Shown here one piece after another: positions 57,317-64,000 of a stretch of DNA of 64,000 bases. Origin of the DNA: an uncultured Candidatus Peribacteria bacterium (lineage in GTDB: Bacteria; Patescibacteriota; Gracilibacteria; RBG-16-42-10). Each line of letters opens with the position of its first letter. The first letter of the stretch is position 1. The DNA lies in assembly GCA_964506115.1 (NCBI GenBank), contig CAZDKI010000003.1, positions 40,627 through 104,626 of the forward strand, read 5' to 3'. Both the position numbers and the translations under genes were made by a program. The notes beneath the pieces are model-generated. The model was not told where the DNA came from. It made no database searches and worked only from the letters and a program-made list of their open reading frames with translations.

Positions 57317-57391
57317 GCCTCCGTAGCTTAATGGATAGAGTCCCGGTCTTCGGAACCGGTTATGAAGGTTCGATTCCTTCCGGGGGCACCA
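57317..57391 (+). tRNA. tRNA-Arg (anticodon UCG), CCA encoded
   Basis: Acceptor GCCTCCG/CGGGGGC. Anticodon stem CCGGT/ACCGG with loop CTTCGGA. T arm GAAGG-TTCGATT-CCTTC. 3' ACCA. An extended -10 TGtTATAAG (57298-57306) lies 11 nt upstream. Confidence 0.9.
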
Positions 57392-57480
57392 CGATCGCGA
57401 CAGGCGATCGCTAATGCTCATTCTTTCTCTCAATCTTATTCTAAGACTGCTATTTGAGTGCGATCGAAGAATGAGAAGTA
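57392..57480 (+). repeat. tRNA-Arg 3' trailer module
   Basis: CGATCGC-GACAG-GCGATCG hairpin directly after CCA (57392-57410). Then an AT-rich core ending GTGCGATCGAAGAATGAG, homologous to 11556-11648. Confidence 0.65.
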
Positions 57481-57491
57481 ATCTCCCTCAC

Positions 57492-58052
57492 CTATAAATT
57501 TCCTGCTATTTGAGAAAGAACCGTATCAGCCGTCAAAACAAGTGCTTCCATCGATCGCATTTTCATCCTCAATACATGCTCTCCAGTAGTTAATTCTTGT
57601 AATCTCACATGTTCTCCATGGGGATTAGCTTCTAGTTTCCAATCTCTACATGCATCAGGAACAGCTTCTACAATATCGGGATGAACACTTACTAAAAATC
57701 TAAAAAATTTAAAGGGAGCTTTATTAGCATTTAAAAGATCATAATCAGCTTGCCCTAAAACTTGTACCATTCTGTCCCTAGCTTGACTGAGCAGCCGTTT
57801 CGCTTCAAGAAAAAAGTCAGGAGATGTGGGCACAAAAACATCATCTATATTTCTTTTGAATAATTCATAAGTAGTAAAGCCACTAACATCTTCAATATCG
57901 TCCTTAGTAGAGTGCAAACCCATTTGTAAAATCGCCCGAACCTCATTATGCGTATATTCATTGAATCGGTTGCTAGGTATACCTAAAGCTAAATAGGGTT
58001 TAGATGCATCAAATTGAACTGGATAAACTGGGATAACTAAGCGTGGATCCAT
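57492..58052 (-). CDS. hypothetical protein
   Basis: 186 aa from the ATG at 58052 (MDPRLVIPVYPVQFD...). No motif recognised. Confidence 0.45.
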   Translation of the reverse strand: MDPRLVIPVYPVQFDASKPYLALGIPSNRFNEYTHNEVRAILQMGLHSTKDDIEDVSGFTTYELFKRNIDDVFVPTSPDFFLEAKRLLSQARDRMVQVLGQADYDLLNANKAPFKFFRFLVSVHPDIVEAVPDACRDWKLEANPHGEHVRLQELTTGEHVLRMKMRSMEALVLTADTVLSQIAGNL

Positions 58053-58100
58053 ATATTTTTTAGCCTTGATTATGCTATAATATACAGAAAATGTAAATAC

Positions 58101-58751
58101 ATGGATCCCATAGATAAACAAAAATCCAGAGAAATTCCATCCAAAATCGATACACTATTTCTTGATGTAAGAAATGGCATTATACGAGAAATAATGCTTG
58201 CAGATGATAGAAGTAAGCTAGAAAGTCACAAAATTGTTGATCAGGAACTAAGCAAAAGACTACTAAAACCGTCAGCAACGACACTAGATGAAATAGAGGA
58301 TGAAGGCCCTCTTGAATGGGGCTGCGCCAAACTCAAAGAGTTGATTGAAGCTGGTTTCAAGCCAACTTTTACTGTACCTCGAGATTTTGAAAAAGCAGTA
58401 TTACAAAATGGACTTACACCTAGACCAACTTTATATGGTACCAACGAACTAATCTTAGCGGGAACGATTGGGATTGAATACTTTCAAGATATTGGAGAGG
58501 AGTGGCGAATTGCAGCTATCTTGATGAAACCCACAAAATATAGAATTATGCCGCGATTTACTGGTAATCCACCAGTTTTCCGAGGCGTAATTAGATGTAG
58601 TGAAGCAATTGCGCTAGCAGATCTGATCCTTATTGATACTAAAGATATGAAGATATTGTATCCAACTGACATTCCCAATATCGATGTCTTAGACAGCACT
58701 GAACGGATTTCTCGAACTGGTGTCAGAGAAATGATCAGAAAGATACTGTAG
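58101..58751 (+). CDS. hypothetical protein
   Basis: 216 aa (MDPIDKQKSREIPSKI...). Divergent from the previous gene across a 48-nt spacer. No motif recognised. Confidence 0.45.
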   Translation: MDPIDKQKSREIPSKIDTLFLDVRNGIIREIMLADDRSKLESHKIVDQELSKRLLKPSATTLDEIEDEGPLEWGCAKLKELIEAGFKPTFTVPRDFEKAVLQNGLTPRPTLYGTNELILAGTIGIEYFQDIGEEWRIAAILMKPTKYRIMPRFTGNPPVFRGVIRCSEAIALADLILIDTKDMKILYPTDIPNIDVLDSTERISRTGVREMIRKIL

Positions 58752-58756
58752 AAATA

Positions 58757-61627
58757 CTACTTCTTTTTAGATAACAGTTTTTTCTCTCGCTCTACTAAGA
58801 GCTTGAGATATTTTCCTGTATACGATTCTTTTACTTCCATTACCTCTTCCGGAGTACCTTCAGCCAGAATTTGGCCACCGCCTTCACCACCTTCTGGACC
58901 TAAATCAACAATCCAGTCTACTGATTTGATCACGTCTAGATTGTGTTCAATAGTAAGGACGGTATTACCACCTTCAACTAGTTTATTGAGGACATTGAGT
59001 AGTCTTTCCACATCAGCGAAATGCAACCCAGTAGTTGGTTCATCCAAGACATAGAGTGTACGGCCGGTACTGCGTCTCGCTAGTTCGGTCGCTAATTTGA
59101 TACGTTGTGCTTCACCTCCAGAAAGAGTGTTTGCTTGTTGACCCAACTTGATATACCCCAAACCTACTTCCAGTAAGGTGTCTAAAATTTCTTTGATTCT
59201 AGGTACCGCTGCGAAAAAGGCGACTGAGTCTTCTACTGTCATATCCAAAACTTGCGCTATATTCTTTCCTTTATAATGAATTTCTAAAGCTTCACGGTTG
59301 TAGCGTTGTCCCTTACAAACTTCACAAGGTACATACAGATCAGGCAAGAAATGCATTTCAATGCGGACGATACCGTCACCATGACAAGTTTCACAACGAC
59401 CACCTTTGACATTGAAGCTAAAGCGACCAGATTTATAGCCACGTGTACGCGCTTCAGGAGTAGCCGCAAATAGTTCACGAATATCCGTAAATACACCGGT
59501 ATAAGTAGCTGGGTTAGAACGAGGGGTTCGTCCAATCGGTTTTTGATCGATACTAATAATTTTATCAATATTCTCAAAGCCAGTGATTTGGCCATACGCA
59601 CCAGTAGGTTTACTAGAGCCATTAATATGATTAGTAATTGCCTTAACCAAGATTTCATTAATTAAGGTGGATTTACCTGATCCTGATACACCTGTAACGG
59701 CAATGAATGTACCCAATGGGAATGAAACTGAGACATCTTTGAGGTTGTGTTCGGTAGCCCCTTTGATATTGATAAATTTATGATTGCCTGTACGACGTTT
59801 CTTAGGTGAAGGAATTAATTTTCTACCCGACAAATATTGACCAGTAATAGAATTAGGATCATTCATTACTTCTTCTGGCGTACCTTGAGCGATTACTCGA
59901 CCGCCATGCTTACCAGCTCCAGGACCAATATCCACAATATAGTCAGAAGCTAACATGGTATCAGTATCATGTTCTACTACGATTACCGTGTTTCCCAAAT
60001 CTCGAAGACGCTTCAAGGTAGCAATCAAACGATCGTTATCTCGTTGATGTAAACCAATTGATGGTTCATCCAATACATAGAGCACACCAAGTAACTGCGA
60101 TCCAATCTGAGTAGCCAAACGAATACGTTGAGCCTCACCACCTGAGAGAGTACTTGCTGATCGAGACAGCGTGAGATAATTCAAGCCAACATTTTGTAAA
60201 AATGTGAGACGATCAGTAATTTCTTTGATAATTCTCTCTGCTACTTTTTTTTGATAATCCGAAAATGGTAATGTTCTAAAAAAAGTATCGGCACGAGCTA
60301 CGGAGAGAGCAGTGACCTCAATGATTGATTGATCAGCGATTTTTACTGCCAAAATCTCTTTTTTTAAACGCATTCCCTTACATTCAGGACAGGTAAGGAT
60401 CTGCATATATTTCTCGATTTCCTTGCGGACATAGTCAGAGTCAGTTTCATTGTAGCGGCGCTCAAGATTAGGAATCACACCTTCATAAGTCACCTTGAGA
60501 TTACCTTCAAAGTGGTAATCTTTGACCCCCTTAAGCTGGTACGACTCAGTCCCAGTACCATAAAGCACTAGCTTCTTTGCTTCTTCACTCAACTCTCGGT
60601 AAGGAGTATTGAGGTTGAAATCATAGAGCTGGCCCACTTCTTTCAAAATACGGTTGTACCAACTCAAACGTGAAGCAGTCTTTGCCCAAGGCACAATCGC
60701 TCCTTCAGCTAAAGTGAGTCGGGGATTAGGAATAATCAAATTAGTATCCACTTCCAGTTTGGTCCCCAATCCATGACAAGCATTACAGGCACCATGAGGA
60801 CTATTGAAAGAAAAGCTGCGTGGTGAGATCTCAGGCAAACTAATATTACAGTATACGCAGGCGAAGTGTTCACTATAAATCACTTCGTCATTCTTGGTCA
60901 TATCGACAACCGACATCATCCCTTCGCCCAAACCTAAAGCTAACTCAATAGAATCAGCCAAACGTGTCATATCCTCAGCTTCATACTTTTCTTTAGCCAC
61001 TAAACGATCGACGACAACATCAATTGAGTGGGTTTGGTTTTTGTCTAAACTGACACTGTCAGAAATATTATAGATTTGGCCATCTACTCGCATACGAATA
61101 AAACCACCTTTGCGAATCTGATCAAATATTTTCATATGTTCTCCTTTTCGATCTTTCACTAAAGGAGCCATAATCATCAGCTTATTGCCCACAGGCATAC
61201 TAGCTACCTGATCAGTGATTTGCTGAATAGTTTGTTTAGTAACCGGACGAGCACAGTTGGGACAATGAGGTTGGCCGACTTTAGCAAAAAGTAAACGTAA
61301 ATAATCATAAATCTCCGTCACGGTACCTACAGTGGAGCGAGGATTGCGTGAAGTACTTTTTTGATCAATAGAAATAGCAGGGGAGAGACCATCGATTTGA
61401 TCGACATCCGGCTTCTCCATCAGCTCCAAAAATTGGCGAGCATAGGTAGAAAGACTTTCTACATAACGTCTCTGGCCTTCAGCATAAATAGTATCAAATG
61501 CTAAAGAAGATTTACCGGATCCAGACAGTCCAGTCATCACTATGAGCTTCTCTCGAGGCAATTCCAAATCCAAATTTTTAAGATTGTGAACACGAGCACC
61601 GTGTATCACGATTTTATCTGAAGCCAC
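58757..61627 (-). CDS. uvrA: excinuclease ABC subunit A
   Basis: 956 aa. Two ABC cassettes ([23 protein letters not shown]; [24 protein letters not shown]). Zinc-finger Cys clusters ([20 protein letters not shown]). Confidence 0.95.
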   Translation of the reverse strand: MASDKIVIHGARVHNLKNLDLELPREKLIVMTGLSGSGKSSLAFDTIYAEGQRRYVESLSTYARQFLELMEKPDVDQIDGLSPAISIDQKSTSRNPRSTVGTVTEIYDYLRLLFAKVGQPHCPNCARPVTKQTIQQITDQVASMPVGNKLMIMAPLVKDRKGEHMKIFDQIRKGGFIRMRVDGQIYNISDSVSLDKNQTHSIDVVVDRLVAKEKYEAEDMTRLADSIELALGLGEGMMSVVDMTKNDEVIYSEHFACVYCNISLPEISPRSFSFNSPHGACNACHGLGTKLEVDTNLIIPNPRLTLAEGAIVPWAKTASRLSWYNRILKEVGQLYDFNLNTPYRELSEEAKKLVLYGTGTESYQLKGVKDYHFEGNLKVTYEGVIPNLERRYNETDSDYVRKEIEKYMQILTCPECKGMRLKKEILAVKIADQSIIEVTALSVARADTFFRTLPFSDYQKKVAERIIKEITDRLTFLQNVGLNYLTLSRSASTLSGGEAQRIRLATQIGSQLLGVLYVLDEPSIGLHQRDNDRLIATLKRLRDLGNTVIVVEHDTDTMLASDYIVDIGPGAGKHGGRVIAQGTPEEVMNDPNSITGQYLSGRKLIPSPKKRRTGNHKFINIKGATEHNLKDVSVSFPLGTFIAVTGVSGSGKSTLINEILVKAITNHINGSSKPTGAYGQITGFENIDKIISIDQKPIGRTPRSNPATYTGVFTDIRELFAATPEARTRGYKSGRFSFNVKGGRCETCHGDGIVRIEMHFLPDLYVPCEVCKGQRYNREALEIHYKGKNIAQVLDMTVEDSVAFFAAVPRIKEILDTLLEVGLGYIKLGQQANTLSGGEAQRIKLATELARRSTGRTLYVLDEPTTGLHFADVERLLNVLNKLVEGGNTVLTIEHNLDVIKSVDWIVDLGPEGGEGGGQILAEGTPEEVMEVKESYTGKYLKLLVEREKKLLSKKK

Positions 61628-61750
61628 AGCAAAAAAGTTAGTATTACATTATTAGCCAGACTAATAGTGACTGTGATGTTCGTCAAGTTTTTTCCCTGAA
61701 GTGAGCAAAGGGGCTAATTATGAAACCTAAAGCTTGAGGCCGGATGCCTG

Positions 61751-61991
61751 AATTTAAATTGCGAGGTGCGAATGGCGAATTTTAATGCAGAAGTCAGAAT
61801 TTAGAATGCAGAGTTATAGCTCAAGGATGGCATCCTGACCATAAGCTTGCCAAGGTGAAGAACTCTACGACACTACGTGGCAGTATTAATTCAATGTTGT
61901 GCGCAACGCAGTGGAGTCGAAACATCCGGCCATACTTTGTCCAAAGGTGTCAAACTTTCAATTTTCAACTCTCCACTCTCAACTATAATTA
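61751..61991. repeat. intergenic mosaic repeat, copy C (inverted relative to copy B; 3' module direct relative to copy A)
   Basis: 61751-61930 aligns with the reverse complement of 30214-30375, for example GAATTTAAATTGCGAGGTGCGAAT versus GAATTCATAATTGCGAAGTGCGAAT. It also shares TAATGCAGAGTTATAGCT and GCAGTGGAGTCGAAACATCC. 61951-61991 aligns directly with 27511-27549. Confidence 0.65.
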
Positions 61992-62648
61992 CGTCATATC
62001 CATCCCATTTCTCTCTATCCTTTGCCAATCGTAAGACAAACGATGCGTTTCTAGAGCACGTACTAATGCGGCAAAGATTGCCCAGACAGAATATTCAGTA
62101 TAGGTGAAAGCATTTCCTTCTTCGGAGATTGGATCATAGTCCCTTACCAAAGATTGGTCATTGTGCACTACTGGTACCAAACCATAACGAAAACAAGCAG
62201 CGACCATAGCATCATCAACTACAGTTGGTACTACCAAAATATCAGCGGCACCAAAAAATAAATGCATATGAGCCTCCGTTGGCAACATATGCTTAATAGT
62301 ACCTTTTTTAGCTACCTGACAACTTTGTTTATCAGCAATAATTACTAGTTGCATACCCAAACTACCACTCGCTTCTACTAATTGTTCCAGCATACCTATA
62401 TCTTTTTTGCTCAGAGCTTGAGCCACAATACCAACAACAGGCAAGTCATTGTCGATATGTAAGCCACTTCGTAATGACTGTTGATTTTTCTTTCTTTGCG
62501 CTACATTACGAGCTGTATATTGGAACGGTAGATAAGAATCCTCAGCAGGCGATAATTGAGGGAAAGCAAGCTTTGACACTGACTTAGACACCTGAAAACT
62601 AACAGACTGAGTAGCAGCAAGTGCTGAATGGGGAGTAAGGGATGGCAT
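61989..62648 (-). CDS. stand-alone glycosyltransferase C-terminal-half homologue (GlgA/GT-B C-domain-like), probably non-catalytic
   Basis: 219 aa. LPVVGIVAQALSKKDIGMLEQLV ... LVIIADKQ ... FFGAADILVVPTVVDDAMVAACFRYGLVPVV ... GNAFTY follows the C-terminal Rossmann half of glycogen-synthase-type GT-B enzymes. It has VVDDAMV where FEPCGL is expected. Confidence 0.5.
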   Translation of the reverse strand: MPSLTPHSALAATQSVSFQVSKSVSKLAFPQLSPAEDSYLPFQYTARNVAQRKKNQQSLRSGLHIDNDLPVVGIVAQALSKKDIGMLEQLVEASGSLGMQLVIIADKQSCQVAKKGTIKHMLPTEAHMHLFFGAADILVVPTVVDDAMVAACFRYGLVPVVHNDQSLVRDYDPISEEGNAFTYTEYSVWAIFAALVRALETHRLSYDWQRIERNGMDMT

Positions 62649-62737
62649 AGAAATTAGCTATCTAATCAGTGTAACACATTCATCATAAGTGCCCTATACT
62701 CCTGGTCACCTTTCTCGCCTAAAAACGCGACTAACCA

Positions 62738-62765
62738 TTGACAAAATTACTTAAAGTTGTATATT
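62738..62765 (+). promoter_or_regulatory. putative promoter (TTGACA-16-TATATT)
   Basis: TTGACA at 62738-62743, a 16-nt spacer and TATATT at 62760-62765. Lies 30 nt upstream of the ATG at 62795. Confidence 0.5.
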
Positions 62766-62794
62766 TCTAGCCTTTACTTTTAAAAACCATCTCT

Positions 62795-64000
62795 ATGGCA
62801 AGTAAACTCAGTATCGAACAATCCCTCACCCGTGAATCACGTCATACCCCCACCAGAACAACTCGCTTAGCATTAGTAGCAGCCTTAAGTTTGGCATCAG
62901 CAGAAGCAATGGCACAACGAAGACCAGCTCCTCGTGCACCATTAAGAGCAGTTTTAATAGTGAATGCTGATTCACCTGAAGGTAGAGCAGCTCAAGCTGA
63001 AAGAACAGGACGACCAGTAGCAGCACCAACAGTTGCTCCTGCTGTCCCTACTGCTCCTGCAGCAGCTAGCGGTTTAGATTTCTCTGGCCAACAACCAGCA
63101 GCTCCCGTTGCAGTCGCACCTACAGCTCCAGTAGTTGTAGCTCAACCTGTTCGAGTAGCTGAACAACCTACATATGTAGTTCAAACTCCACATCCAGCAG
63201 CTCCAGTCGAACCATCTTCTAGCTCAACTGGAAGCACACGTAGACGCGATGGTGTATTCACTCGATTGGGTGCAGTTTTCACAGTTGTACCTAACCTTGA
63301 ACCAAGACCAGAAGCACCAAATGCTTCTAATATCACTATTTCAGCACGTAACTGTGCTAACGAGCTTGGAGCAATGGGCCCAACTGGTAGACGTATTTGT
63401 CCTGTTACAATTACAGGAGGAGGCGACAGTTATACAGTAATGGGAAATAGTGTTGAGGTACCGATGGGTATGGGTACTGGACGTCAGATCAATGTAATAG
63501 TTCCACAAGGTCTCGGAACTTTAACTGTACGCACTCCAAATGGTGCTAGCCGTACCTTTCTCGTAGGTGCTAACCAAGGAACATTTTCATCACAAGTAAT
63601 CAATGAAATTGCAGCTCCTGAACAACCGGTCCGTGTAAGTGTCATCCCAGCTATGGAAGCAACTGTAGGTTATAATACTGGACCTTGGGAAGTTTCTGGT
63701 TCAGTTCGGGCTGGCATTGTTCGTCCACACACATCAGCGTACTACTTAGGTTTACGTACCAACGTTTCTTACCATGGCCGAAGCCGAACAAATTTAGCAG
63801 CCGTAGGTATCCAAACTGGTGTAGATGCTGTAATCCCTGAAGGAGATGGATCTACTCAAACGTTTGTACCTGTAGAAGCTACAGTAACACTCAGAACTAG
63901 CGCTAATACTAATCGTCCTCGTGGAGTATTCACATTCGCAGCTGGGGCTACAGTTCCTACTAACACCAACCCAGTAGCTTTCACTGGTTCAGTAGGTGCT
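62795..64000 (+). CDS. secreted A/P-rich protein of unknown function, N-terminal 402 codons (CDS runs off the right edge)
   Basis: Absent from the track because it is open-ended. Hand translation from the ATG at 62795 is stop-free to 64000. It gives MASKLSIEQSLTRESRHTPTRTTRLALVAALSLASAEA (signal-like), an A/P/V-rich linker (APTVAPAVPTAPAAA...), then a G/T/V-rich beta-type region. Confidence 0.65.
   Translation, partial: MASKLSIEQSLTRESRHTPTRTTRLALVAALSLASAEAMAQRRPAPRAPLRAVLIVNADSPEGRAAQAERTGRPVAAPTVAPAVPTAPAAASGLDFSGQQPAAPVAVAPTAPVVVAQPVRVAEQPTYVVQTPHPAAPVEPSSSSTGSTRRRDGVFTRLGAVFTVVPNLEPRPEAPNASNITISARNCANELGAMGPTGRRICPVTITGGGDSYTVMGNSVEVPMGMGTGRQINVIVPQGLGTLTVRTPNGASRTFLVGANQGTFSSQVINEIAAPEQPVRVSVIPAMEATVGYNTGPWEVSGSVRAGIVRPHTSAYYLGLRTNVSYHGRSRTNLAAVGIQTGVDAVIPEGDGSTQTFVPVEATVTLRTSANTNRPRGVFTFAAGATVPTNTNPVAFTGSVGA

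Noticed and set aside
57392-57410. GCGATCGC (the cyanobacterial HIP1 palindrome) and CGATCG sites near the tRNAs, as a possible taxonomic marker.
   Set aside because: I saw only a handful of copies, all inside the tRNA trailers. The gene content and AT-richness do not fit cyanobacteria. This is insufficient for any inference.
57158-58751. Prophage or integrative island inserted at tRNA-Arg.
   Set aside because: There is no integrase or recombinase, no phage-like genes, and no duplicated copy of the tRNA 3' half that would mark an att site within the window. The region is kept only as a weak accessory-cluster hypothesis.
62826-63440. Track ORFs 62826-63029 (-) and 63249-63440 (+).
   Set aside because: Both are alternative-frame artefacts inside the long open-ended + strand CDS that starts at 62795.

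Overview
AT-rich, gene-dense bacterial chromosomal window with about 55 supported CDS on both strands and 4 tRNA genes, all with encoded CCA. I found no rRNA, CRISPR array, integrase or phage genes. Content is mostly housekeeping: uvrA, uvrB, uvrC, recO, gyrB, ileS, alaS, glyQS, rplS, rplY, hup, an FtsW/RodA homologue and a pseudouridine synthase. Envelope and accessory genes are interleaved: three SLH-domain secreted proteins, an MFP+RND efflux pair with no outer-membrane factor, an ABC-2 transporter and small-enzyme genes (VOC, SRPBCC, MazG, NUDIX, CYTH, SDR). Several traits suggest a Patescibacteria/CPR-like monoderm, by inference only: AlaRS without the C-terminal domain, DUF5652- and DUF3467-like small proteins, SLH anchoring and missing biosynthetic operons. 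The standard genetic code fits all long genes. Main second-look items: (1) three full-length paralogues of a ~547-549 aa cytoplasmic cysteine-rich protein of unknown function, two of them divergently flanking tRNA-Gln and an SLH/beta-helix gene, one abutting recO; (2) an IleRS carrying an inserted ~170 aa histidine-phosphatase-fold domain that has lost both catalytic histidines; (3) a conserved structured trailer immediately 3' of the tRNA genes; (4) a modular family of GC-richer intergenic repeats in direct and inverted copies; (5) a RAYT-like Y1 transposase gene with a broken HUH motif and two perfect 26-nt palindromes; (6) a cluster of unknown genes around tRNA-Arg that includes tandem atypical kinase-fold paralogues. 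All protein calls rest on motif-level recognition of the supplied translations. No database search was possible.
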